DNA of 64,000 nt from Aplysia californica (Eukaryota). The position numbers and the translations under genes are program-made. The notes beneath the pieces were generated by a model. The model was not told the origin of the DNA, ran no database searches, and saw only the letters and a program-made list of their open reading frames with translations. Every line of letters starts with the position of its first letter. The stretch's first letter is position 1. The stretch is taken from assembly GCF_000002075.1 (NCBI RefSeq), contig NW_004797799.1:299250-363249 (forward strand), written 5' to 3'. Below are positions 23,989-36,300 of this stretch, piece by piece.

Positions 23989-26900
23989 AGCTGCCTGTGA
24001 GGGGCTGGAGACAGGAGACATGTCTTTGACTTTGACTCTTGGTTGCTGCTTGGCCAACCTTTTTGTGATGACCTCGACTCTATTTTTGTGATCTGTGATG
24101 GGCCTGTTGTGTGAACTCTGCCGCTGGGCTACTCTCAGGCATCACTGTCAGGTCTCTCGCAGCATTTTGTGATTCATTGTTGGTGTGCTGTCTGTCCGTT
24201 GTTGCCTGTGGCGTGCTCACTAACACATTGTTGTTGACTGTTTTTGTGGGGGATTCTCTCTCCTTTCCAAATGTCTTGAGCTGACTGATTCAGAAGTGTT
24301 TCTTATCTCGTTCCTTGCCTTGCGTCAGTCTGTCTGTTCATCAAACTCTGAATATTGATTTTGTGCTCATCATACCTCATGGTGTAGAAAGATGTTTGGG
24401 TGGTGAAAAGTTATTTTCAAATTTATAATAATTTGTCTTGGGCTTAATGTCGGTATACTTTCCTGTTTGAGAAAGATGTTGGAGGCTACATTCCCATCAC
24501 CATTTGGCCACCTGCATGCTCGACAGTTACATGGGATTATGTAACTCAGGGATTTTCAAGCTGGAAGTGCATACCAGCCTTTCAGTTTCAGATGCACTAA
24601 GCTCACAATAGTGATCATTTATTTTATTGCAGCTTCCTAATCTGTGGTACGGTACCAGTTGCATATAAGCTTGAGAAATGTTTTGTTGAAATTCAAATGT
24701 TAAAAATATTGGAAATAAAAAAAGCAAGAAAAGATACATGTATTACATAATGGGGGTGCAATTCTTAAAACAATGCTTTCCTAGGCTTAAAATAGTTGAA
24801 CAGCTTGATGAACATTTATACTTTTCCGGAGCAAAGGCGATTCAAGCTCAGTACAGATGTGACGCACTCTGGATAGGTAGTATGACTTGTGTAGTTATAA
24901 TTGTTTGATTCAAAGTAGAAATAGACTGTACCTAGGAATTTAGTATTAAGTATCATCACAGAGACCAGCTTCGAACTGAAGAAAATGAAAAAATATAATA
25001 GCCTCCATTATTTCTTTTTCTCCACTTTATCTTAGAGGTAAGTTAGGATAAAATCAGTGCCTGTGGTGTAGCAGTTAAACGCTTTGCCATCATTTGCAGA
25101 AGATTTGAGTGGGTAATTTCTATCAAGTATCTTGGTCTTTCTGCTTTGATGTTGTATCGCTCTCATCCTGGGTTGACCCTGAAGGTTAAAGTCTGCCACC
25201 TAAATGGTCTAAATTGTTTTGGATCATAAAATGCTTATAGTGTGAAAAAAAAGATATATATATATATAGTGTCTTTTGTATCACCCTGTGCTGTATTCAT
25301 GCTGGTCAGAGGAATAAATCATTGGCAGCCTGACTCTGTGTGCCAGCGGATGGTCTGTGTTTGAGACTGCCTCCTGTCTGTATGGTTGTGGCTCTGAGGG
25401 AGGTTGGAGGGAGACAGAGTCTGACCTTGGATTTATGTATGTGTAGATTATTACTCGTATTACTTTTCTGAAGTATTTTGCAGTTTTCCTCATTTACCCC
25501 TCATTTGTAATTGACAACTCTGGTGAATAGTGTAGTGGCTAGTTTTGACGTTTGATTGGGCAGGGTAGAAATGTTTGACATTTGTGGATGACATCTGTTA
25601 TTTCTGTTGTTTTCACTGAAAGAAGGTTAGAAGAATAGTAACAGTTCTCAGCATTTGTTTTCTGTTTATGCAATTTCGTAAATTTTTTGTTATTTTTCTC
25701 AAAATTCCAGTGTCATTTCTAGAATACATAAAACATGATGCTCATGGTTACAGGGGATATTTAATGAAGGAGGCTGCAAGAGGAAGGTTTTAGTCTTGGG
25801 TCTGATCTATGTTATGTAGCTATCGTAGTGGGGATCATCAGCCCTCTTTCTTCTAATACCTCCTGACCTGCTGTCTAGAGACGGTCTCAGTAAATAGTTT
25901 CCTACCTGGGATCTGGCACAAAGGGGTGCCAAAAATTGTAAATTTTGTTGTCTATGGAAATAGGACATTTTTTTGTGAAATGCGAGACTCTTGAATCAAG
26001 GGAGATTTGAAATTCTGCAGAGTGGTTCAGTGAATACTAGAAAGAGCTACATGTGTGCATTTATTTTAATGTTTCTAATTACAATTGTCAGTATAGGTCG
26101 GCATTAATAAAATTAACTAAAACTAAAAGATGAACACGATTCTATGGGTTAATGTCTGAGACCATGTGGAGCGAGATAGTACAAGGGTAGGAAAAAAACA
26201 ACTAAAAGATCGCCATCTGTCGATGATTGTATTGTAGACCCCCACCTGTTTTCTTATACTACAACAGCATTGCCTTCTGTTGTCCCCATCTCCAAACCTT
26301 GTTTGCTAACTGACACTTTTATTTTTTATTCTCCTGCCGTATTCTTTGCTCATTCATTTGTGTCAGTTTTGAAGTAGTATGCACAGATTGAACCAAATGA
26401 CAAGAAACACTGAAGTGATGGTTACTTGGGGTGATATTTTGTTTGTTTTGGTGTATGGAAATCTGCTTTCTTGGCTCATGTCAATTAAAATGCAGTCAGT
26501 TACTGAGTTAGTGAATATCATTCCCATTACATCAAATTTTCTTCTTTACTGTTACGTATATTTCTGTATGGTTCGGAGGAGATGTTTGAAACCTGGTCTT
26601 TGTCTAGTCAGAACGAATGAAAAATATCCTTCTCCTGAGCAGACATGTTGCCATGACAACCCTTGCTGCATTCATAATGTCATCAAAACTTTGGGGTCAC
26701 ATTCAGTCTCTGAAGATTAGCGTAAAACCTTGTAAAGCCAATTATCTCATTAGATCTGAAGAGGAAAAGTGTACATGCAGCTGACGGAATACACTGTATT
26801 TTCCTGAAGCTAGCTTGTACAGATATTTTATTAAGATTAGATTAGTAAAAATGTAATTTTATGAGTTGTGTCCTCAGATTACAAAATTCTTAAATTGCAG

Positions 26901-28960
26901 GTATAGTCCTAGGTCGATGATATGAAGGATTTGACTTTTGATAAAATTGGCTTTGCAGAAAGACGGCTGCCCATATTTTTGTGCACAGAGGTTGTTATCT
27001 CTGTCTTCTGGCTTAGGTTTCATAGTTTCGTTTCATCAAAATGTTCACTTTTAGCATTTCAGGTGTTTCCTTGTCCATCGCAGTAATTGGGTGCTTTCAC
27101 CCTGTCATATTTGTATGTAATGGGTCAATTCTACGCAACACTGTTGTAGTTTTTTTCCACAGAAGAATCATCATGTTTGCAAAAATGTCAAATTTCTTGC
27201 ATTGTTGTTCCCTTTTGAATGTGATCCTGCTCCTCTAACCGCAGAGGAAACGAACTTTGCTGCAATTGCTGTATTTTTAATACTAGTGTAATCATTGAAA
27301 ATAAAAAAATCACATTTCTGTCATTGTCAGGGGTAAACAAATCCAAAGTAAAAGAAAAAAGGACTTTATAATTGCAATATCTTAAAACAACAGTGGGAAT
27401 AGAAGATACCTATAGATTATTACAACTGTTTGGATGATTTTTCACATGTTTGATAATACCCAGAAAATGTGCTAACTTTTTGGAAATGGTAGCTTTACTA
27501 AAAGAAACTCTTGTTGTATGTATCATTTAATTGAAAAAGGCATCGAATACTTTCTTCTACCTGACAGTGTGTAAAAACCTGCATTCCTGTCTGTCTAGAG
27601 AATACACAACCGTGCAGGCCGTGGTTACACATGAGCAATCTTTACAGGGAGACAGTTTGCGTGGCAAGGGACGACCAAAGTTTTATTCTAATTTTATGAG
27701 TTGTTAGTTGCGTGTGTTGGATGAAAGTTACAACTGTCTTGCTCACTTGTTGTGCTGCGTACATTTGATTGTTTTTGTATGTTTGTACAGTTTTTAGAAC
27801 TATACCATATGTTGGAGAAACGGATGCTTCAGATTGCTGAGATTGATGCTAACATGTTCATGGTTTGTTTTGTAGATCGATCATGCTAATTTATTTCATC
27901 CACAGTCACATGACAGTGGACAGGAAAAACATTCAGAGGAGATACCCCCCCCCCCCCACCCCTCCCTCAACCCATACCTGGTGCCCAACTGGCCCCTTTC
28001 TCCCCCCTTCCCCCCAAGTACTACATCATAACGATAAAATAATTAAATGAAAAAAAAAAAGTTTACAGTGATTTTATTTAATCTTCCTTTTTCGGAAAGT
28101 TCCCCCGGACGTGAGGAAAGTGGGGGGAAAATTGAGTAAATAAAATACTTGAAACAAGCACTGCTTTGTTTGTGTGGTTCTGTATAGCTTTGTTTGATGT
28201 GTTGTCTTTAGTTTTTAATATTATCACCACATTCTAGCATGCATGCACCTACTGAAACACGCACATAGCCTACAGATTTATTTTTGTTTTGTTTTACGAG
28301 TAAGGTTTTACGGTGCTTGCAACTCAACAGATTTTCAAGTCCTGAATTTTTTCTTATACATGTATAGTGTATATTGTTTGTATTTAGAATATATATAGCA
28401 AAATTCGTACATATAATGAAAAGATTTCCGTGTCTCGACGATTTCACTGCGTGCGTGCAAGGCTGTATAGTATAAACTTTTCACCCAATATAGTGACCTG
28501 CAATAGGGCCCATGAGCTCAACATGGAATCTGATTCACTAAATCCAAATAGTTTTTCCACCAGGCATGTCTCAAAGGCCAATATATGAATTTAATCGAGA
28601 AGTATCTGACGGTAATGAATTCTTCACACGCTGCTGCTCCTCTTCACTCAAACTCAAACAAACCAAAAACACTTTTCACCCTTAAAGTAATAAGGTTTTG
28701 ATCACTTAGAATCTGAGATGTGAAACTAATGCAAATTGCCTATGATGTTTTGACACAGTCAACTTGACTATGGAAAAGAGGGAGTTCATTCAGTTGCTAT
28801 ATCGTTGGCCAGCTGTTCAAAAGTACTAAGCCCAAAATTTTCAATTTTAAAATTTATTGCAATTTCTTAATCTGCGGTATCGGTTGCATGTGTTCGAGCA
28901 ACATTTTACTGAAATTTAAATTTAAAATTTTGAATAAAAAAAGCAAGAAAAGATATATAT

Positions 28961-31289
28961 TCCCTAGCCGCATGATTCAATCGCCTGAGTGCCAAGAGAC
29001 AAATATATCAGGAGAAGCAAAAAACTGTTTCATTTCTTTATGCTCGTACTTATGAATCTGAAATTCAGATATATGATATGATACGAACTAGGACGATGGT
29101 CTGTAACTAAATATATAAGAAAAGCTTTTTTACATAAGTTACTGGGCATAAGCGGTTTACACCTACCAAAATCTGCGTGATTCAACCGCCTAAGTGACAG
29201 TATGACGGCATTTAGAGGCGTTTGAATCACGTTAATCTACGCCACTTGACGAGCACCAATGGTCGGCTGGGCGTCTGAGTTATTGACAAAAGCAAATCAC
29301 AATAGTTTTAAGAGTACTTATAAAGTTAAGGGTAATTATTTTAGTTATTTAATTGGGTCTTCTGGGGCAGGACTGTTTTTGGCCTCATGGAGTTGGTAAT
29401 TAAGACCATTCATCTGAACGTTCAATTTGTACTGGATGTTTTAGTTCAGTGTGTATCAAAGGCAACGAACGTTTGTGACAATGGGGTCATTTTTGTTTCA
29501 GCCAGGATTGAATGATCAAGAAATCGAACATCAAAAAGGGGGGGCGGGGGGAGTATTGTCTTGCTCTCTTAAAAACGTTCAAGATTATCCATAAGCACAT
29601 AGACCATGTCGTTTTTCATAGACCTTTTGATTACACTGTGTGTGCTGTCCACTTTCATTTGCGTTTGTTCTTTTTCAAGGTATTTGAGTGAAATAGTTTT
29701 GTCCTATCTAGTACAAATGTCGCTGATTGCATTTGACAAGAAAGCATTGTGGTCTGATAAGTACAACTATCACTGTATATGATCAATGTTGCATTTATTG
29801 TGAGTAGGCTCCTCTAGGACGTCATTGACACAAGAAGAGAATTCATAGGCAATCAATGGTCCTTCTCCTTCATGACAAACGTGACACTTCACATCTTTGG
29901 ATACCAAATTTTAAAGAATATAGACTGCTAATTTGGTTTTGACATGATATAGATAATGCAGCAGATGCGTTCAACACCGTACTAACAAATCCGCTTCCAA
30001 GTCCATGCACACTAAGACATTATCTGGTCCCATCCACTGGGTTTTATGCAAGCTTCTAGTCAGATTCTGTCTCCTATTTTGCATACTTCACATTGATCAT
30101 TCCAACATGCAACAATAGATAGCTCTTTTTTACTGTCTAAAGTCGTCTGGGACAATGTGTGACTCTTCACGTTTTCTTTGGTACTCCCAATAAAAGCCTC
30201 CAAGGCTTTGAAAGTGTTGGTCAAGATAGATTTTGCCTGTATTCTGTCTGTAGTAATAGAAAAGCAATGTGGTCACGCTTGTCAAAGAATTACTTGTCAC
30301 AAAATTGCTTGTCCTCCTCCGTTCTCTGGTAATATGACAATCGTGGAGCTCCCATCTACAAGTCATGTAAACAGCCTTTGCAACAGTCATGAATAACTAC
30401 TGTATGAGGGCAGTTGTATACAAACTCATTGTTTTGCATACAGGCAGAATGTCATGGGAGATTTGTTTCAAATTGAAGTGTAGAGCTGGAGAGTGGAAGC
30501 TGAAAGTTGAAGAGAGAGTTTTCGGGGCGCATATGTTTATGAGTTGCTTTTTTTTTTTGAGTGACAAATTAAGCATCATCTACCTGGCATTGATTGAACT
30601 AATCAATGATTCAAGAATGGTACATGACAGATATAGCAAGAGGTGCACACTTAAAGTAAATTAAGAAACACAAAAAGTCGCGATAAAAATATTTTCCAAT
30701 AGTTGTACAGAATGTGAAATAAGCGCCTCTCAGCTGTCAATCAGAGACTTTTAAAAAGATTCATTCGTCAGTAGCTTTCGCCACAATTTACCGACTTTAC
30801 TGATTCAGTATTAATTAACATTATTGGGTGCCATCTTTCCATTTATCAACTACACTACCAAACCTAGTGATAGATTACGCAAACCGCCTTGACAAAATAG
30901 TCTGGCTATCGATAGGGTTCGATCTGAGTCGAAGTTAGCAAAGGTTGTTTTGATGTTACCCTCCAGTCTGTTCTGACAAAGGCCACAGTCATGTAGGTCA
31001 CACCAGCTACGTGACAGGTGAACACATCAACAAGCCACAGAATCTGCATGATTCCACCGCCCATTTGCCACCAGGCTGCAAAACTGGCACTTGGGTGGTT
31101 TGAATCACGTGGAAAAAGAGGACTGTGTGACATAGGCGATTGATTTACTGAAGGATTGAAACACTTTGCAGTAATCTTTAAAACTCGGGATTTCAACATA
31201 ATGTGTAATAAGGGTTGTACTAGATAAAGGGATCAAAAAGTGATTTTAGAAAATTTTGGCTCTTAGGCGGTGAATCACGCAGCTAGCGA
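28961..31289 (-). mobile_element. Decayed Sola1-type DNA transposon (2.3 kb)
   Basis: ATAT TSD. TIRs TCCCTAGCCGCATGATTCAATCGCCTGAGTGCCA and (reverse complement) TCGCTAGCTGCGTGATTCACCGCCTAAGAGCCA. Internal transposase relic. Confidence 0.8.
29390..30290 (-). pseudogene. Sola1-like DDD transposase pseudogene
   Basis: Fragments in order across frameshifts: YYRQNTGKIYLD, NDQCEVC, CMDLEADLL (D1, 30001-30003), CHEGEG...EFSSC, IIYSDSCTYQ (D2, 29769-29771), KYLEKEQTQMKVDSTHSVI (D3, 29647-29649), DPIVTNVRCL. Confidence 0.8.
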
Positions 31290-32621
31290 ATATATATATA
31301 TATATACATATGTTGCTTTCTGGGCTTAGAACAGTAAAACAGCTTTTAAACGATATGTTGCACAATGCTACAGTCCATGTCAGCTCTCAATGTGCTGTGC
31401 TGCCTAAAAATCTGTCTTACAAACATGTTTTTGTCCACTGATTGAAGCAGGCAAGGGGAACAAGTATTGTTATTATGAATCACTTCTACAGTGCTATCGT
31501 TCCTTGTTGTATATTTTTGGGTATAACTTAGCAAAGAACCTGTTTCGAGTAAAAGATTGGGGGGGGGGGGTGGTGTTTGTGTTGACATATATAGCAGCAA
31601 GACGGCACAATGCTGACTAAATTTCTTGGATACTAGCAAAAAAAAAGGCATTTTTAGATCAGATTATAGGAATCAACATTGCCAATTCAACAAGGCAGTG
31701 GATTATTTTAAAAAAGCTATACTGGTGTCAATTTGATGTCATCATAATGTAATGTAGGAGAATTATACAACCCAAGGTTATACTGTGAAAACATTTGAGT
31801 CAATGTGGCCAAACAGATGTGTACAAAAAAGATAGCGTGACCACTCAGCAGAGGATTAAGAAGAATAAGAACCCTATTTCTGTTTTACTTTTGTTACGGC
31901 ACGTGCAACACAAGAAGGTCACTTTAGGGTAAAAAATGAGAGGGGTTACGAGAGGGTAACAAATACAAAAACAGGAGGAGAAATAATGATGATAGTTTAG
32001 TTTTAGTAGAGGTTTTACGGCGCTCGTATCTGCATAAGGTCATAAGAGCGCCAGAAGATTAGAGGTGTTACAAGAGAGTAACAAACATAACAAAGAAGAA
32101 GGGGAGATAAGGACGATAGATGCTTGATACGTTTGAAGAAGCAAATCACACCAGAGCACCCGCCAACCACCCACAATGATGATAGATGTTTGATAGGCAA
32201 GAAGGAGTTAACCACACAACAGCACCTGCCAATCACCTACAAACCCTGTTTGGGAGAAAAGAAAAGTTTTCAGCTAAAGAAGCAAGAAGAAAAACCTGTA
32301 GTGTTTTCTTTGTTCAGTAGCACAGTTTTTTTATTAGCAAGTGACAAGAAAATCACAAACATATCACCATTAAGTAGTAGACTTCTCTCTACACTGACAC
32401 AGACATTGGAAATGAGAAGACGCTCAAGATAATATGCACTGATGTATTATATTCAAATTTTTATATATTATTGTCCACTGATATGCACAGATATATAACT
32501 ATAAATAGCACAACTTGTGTGAGGTGAGAGGTAGCGAGAAGACAAAGTTGTGAATTGGCACAGGACACCACAGTGAGGGGCCATGGCACACAACAGCACA
32601 GCACAGGACCACTGGGAAACC

Positions 32622-32925
32622 GACACATCACAATGATACACCATGACACAGGACATTTGACACACCATGACACAAGGATACTTGACACATCACAATGATA
32701 CACCATGACACAGGACATTTGACACACCATGACACAGGACATTTGACACATCACAATGGTTCACCATGACACAGGACATTTGACACATCACAATGGTTCA
32801 CCATGACACAAGGATATTTGACACATCACAATGGTTCACCATGACACAAGGATATTTGAAACACCACAATGGTACACCATGACACAAGGATATTTGACAC
32901 ATCACAATGGTACTGGCACACTATG
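32622..32925. repeat. Minisatellite, ~37-38-bp unit (GACACATCACAATGGTACACCATGACACA(A)GGA(C/T)ATTT) with shorter variants
   Basis: About 8-9 units visible directly. Confidence 0.9.
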
Positions 32926-32979
32926 ACAACAAAAATAGCAACACACCACAGAGCAGGACACCAGGACTCCTTTTTTTTT

Positions 32980-33320
32980 ATAGTAGAGGGTTTTACGGCG
33001 CTCGCAACTGCATAAGGTCATATGAGCGCCAAGGGGTGAGTGTCAACAGAGAAATCTTTACAGGGAATCAGACTTAGACTGCTCACCTCTCTAGCTTCAA
33101 CAGCACAAGGTCTGCTTCGACTATCAAGGCACCCCAAAATAGCAGGTCACAAGAGAGTGACAAACATACAAAAGAAGTAGAGGAAAATGACAATAGTAAG
33201 GATAAGGAAAGAAAAAGCAGCAGTTCCCTGTTGTAGATCAGGCACAGTTATGAGCGTGACATGAGTCAGCCCATTTACAATTCTACTATACTTGAACGAG
33301 AAATGTCCCCCCTTTGGGAA
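32980..33320 (-). repeat. ~340-bp repeat (type B body) ending in the same 3' stem-loop tail
   Basis: Colinear with 49141-49497. Ends GGCGCTCATATGACCTTATGCAGTTGCGAGCGCCGTAAAACCC on the minus strand. Confidence 0.82.
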
Positions 33321-36300
33321 TGGCCCAAAGACACTACAGTCAGTGGCACTGCCCCGGGAGGTTACCAGGACTCCGTAGAAATGACACATAATGGAGCAAC
33401 AACAACAACAAACCACACAGTGACTCAACAGCACACCGCTGTACAATGAGTCAACATAACACAGCACACCGCTGTGTACAATGAGTCAACATAACACAGC
33501 ACTCTTGACTATTTCCCTATCAGACCGTTGACCTTACTGAAACCAAGCCATTTTGACGACCATTTTTTCCCCCTTAGACAGTACTTTAAAAAATAGTTCA
33601 GAGAAACTCAAATGTGATATAAATATATGAAAAAGTATTTATATGAATTCCCTCTCAGTCAGATCACAGAAAAGCTATAATCCGAGCATAAAATAGTGGT
33701 TTCCGTTTCTGAGGAAGGCAGGGGGAAGATGGGGGCGATATTAAGAATTTGTCGAGCCACAAAGTATGGTTCATAACCATGCCCTTTGTAAAATGTAGCT
33801 GGAGGTATGTACTGGTAATGAGTTAGTGAGATGTTGTCTCAGTCTCAGCAATATCCAAGCAACATCACAACCAGGCATGGACAACATCTGCAACATTGTT
33901 GTTCATACAACACAGACATAAATAAACAGAAATGATAGAAGGACTGCAAGAAAGTGAGACTTACCAATGGTGCCCTTATACAACGAACAGAACACTGTTC
34001 ATGAGTACCCTGACCACAACCTTAATTTACACTTCCTGGTTCTGTTAACATCTTGCAAAATACCAATGACGCTGAAAAATCTGGTGAAAAAGCTTCAATC
34101 AAAATTCACAACAAAGAGAGACTCTGTGAATCCACACTGGAACTTCTAGGCCAGCACGAAGAGTAGGCTAGCAACGCAGTTACAAATATACTTTTCCGTA
34201 ATGATGCTATGCTTGTTTTCATTACTTTGAATCAATTACATTACATTAATTTTTCTTTTTTAAGTTTGTGATTGAAGAATTTGATATCGGGAAGCAACAA
34301 CTGTCTTTTTAGATTCAGAGCTTCGTTTTTGTCCTCACTGAAGCCTTGATATTGAGTGATCACAAGAAAGATCTCTCTTGCCTCCTTCAGTTTGTAAATA
34401 AAGATTCCAGTGTTTAGTGTACAGTGTAGATGAGATACATGGTTTACAAAAGAGTTGCTATTTCACTTAACATTGCTGCCAGACTGAACCCTCACCCCCC
34501 CTTCTCCCCAACCCTTATTTATATCTTACATAGTACAAAAATTGTAATATTTAAATATCCACAGCAGCACACTGACTGACGACAAAAAGGAACAGAAATT
34601 TACATATACAGCAAATGCAGGGTGGACAAAAAATAAGAACTACATGTACACAAACAGTGGCTTTATGCCAGGGGAAGGAAACCAAGTTTAGTTCAGCTTT
34701 AATCTGGATTGAAATAAAAATGATTGAACATTATTTTATGCCTCTTCAACACAATTTTAGATCATTTTGGAGGCTGAATGGGATACAGCACCCCAGTAGA
34801 TAGATGGAGATACAGTGTAAACCTGCTCAAATGGCCACCTGTATAAGACAAACACCTGCACAAACTGCCACTCCCAACATGTCCTTCCTTGCGGGTTTTT
34901 TTCCACATTATAATAATAATGTGTAAGACATCTACTCGTCTTTTCTCCATGAAGTTAGGTGCCTGTCTTGGACAATTTTGACCGTACTTAATTACTTCCC
35001 AAGTTGGGAATCCAACACATGTCTTTTACAGGCAACAGTGAAGAGTCATACCAATACACCGGTACAAAGGCTGACAACTCCATTACCAAAAATAGGAGTT
35101 TTTCCTCAGAATTCTCCCTAAAAATATGAAATAAGGACAGAAATCGAATACTTCAGAACCCCATTAGATTAAGATTATGTAACAAACTGACCGAGCATAA
35201 AGAATAGTGTATTTTCAGGGCACTTACGGTAAGTCGCTGTAATATTGCAAATAAAAGTGGGGGTTTCTTAAACTTCATTTATATTAAGTCACTCACAACC
35301 TGACCTGACGGAAACGTAAATCAAGACAAAACAATGCAAATCTGATCAAGCTAAAAAATTGGTTACCAAAGTACTTGGCAGGTCTACATTGCTATCATTT
35401 GTACATGTTTATGTTTCTACGAAACACTTCTAACTATTGACATGTTAGTATTTAGATCTGCTGCTACCATCAATACACACACAACAGCATTAAAACAGGT
35501 AACAAATAGATGACAAAAGGATAGGGTTCATCAGAATCAACACTATCTACAACCGTCATCAATAACAGAGGAAATGTATGAAAGGGGCCGGCAGGCCTAA
35601 CCAGTTTTGTATTTTTAATCTAGTACAGTGGATACAATCTGAAGTCTTTGTTGTTTTTTTAAACCCTACAGCATCCGTCTGCAATCTAATCTTTACAAAC
35701 TACAGCTGAAAACAATAAATGATAATACACATTCCAACCAAAATTGGTTCCAGCAAACATATGCTATTAGCTGGTTTTGACTGTGAAATGCTTCAATACT
35801 CCAAATGCAAAAGTATGGGAGATATCAGAAGTGTTATTCTTCTAAGCATGTAACTTTTTTTCTGGTCACACTTGAAGGTGAACAACTTCATCTCAGGAAA
35901 TAGGAAGGTGCACAACATTGAATTAAAAAAAACATCAAACCGCTACAGTTAACGAGTAGGACCCAAGTTGCCAGTGATTACCAAAAAGATCGGGCTATTG
36001 ATCGCACCTGTATATAAGCCACACCCACTAGATTTTTAAAAATCTTAACTTTTTTTCACAAACAAGCTGCACTGGTTTATAAGCAGCAGCAGAGTATACA
36101 ACACAGATATATGTACATCACATTTGTTCAGTGTCACCATTGTCCAGTCGGCTGAATCCACTGAAATCTCCTTCTACGATGTTGGAGATGAAGAGATCAA
36201 GTAGTGTTAGAGAAAATATGTAAAATTTTTAGCTAAGAATAGACGAGGGGAAGATTCTCCAGCAATCGGGAAAATCTGCAAATAAGCCACGAGGAAAAAC

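Larger units (their letters stand above)
28803..31352. mobile_element. ATAT-flanked MITE split by the Sola-type element
   Basis: ATAT|CGTTGGCCAGCTGTTCAAAAGTACTAAGCCCA ... TGGGCTTAGAACAGTAAAACAGCTTTTAAACG|ATAT. An uninterrupted relative lies at ~24575-24820 (shares aaagcaagaaaagata ... tgctttc..ggctta). Confidence 0.72.

Noticed and set aside
23497-24057. Hydrophobic 167-aa ORF
   Set aside because: Translation of (TAT)n/(GAT)n low-complexity DNA.
24060-24290. C/D-box snoRNA (GTGATGA ... CTGA)
   Set aside because: Spacing is long, there is no terminal stem and no recognisable guide sequence.
32622-32925. Repeat array as CRISPR or coding repeat
   Set aside because: Ordinary minisatellite without spacers. 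The overlapping ORFs just translate the repeat.
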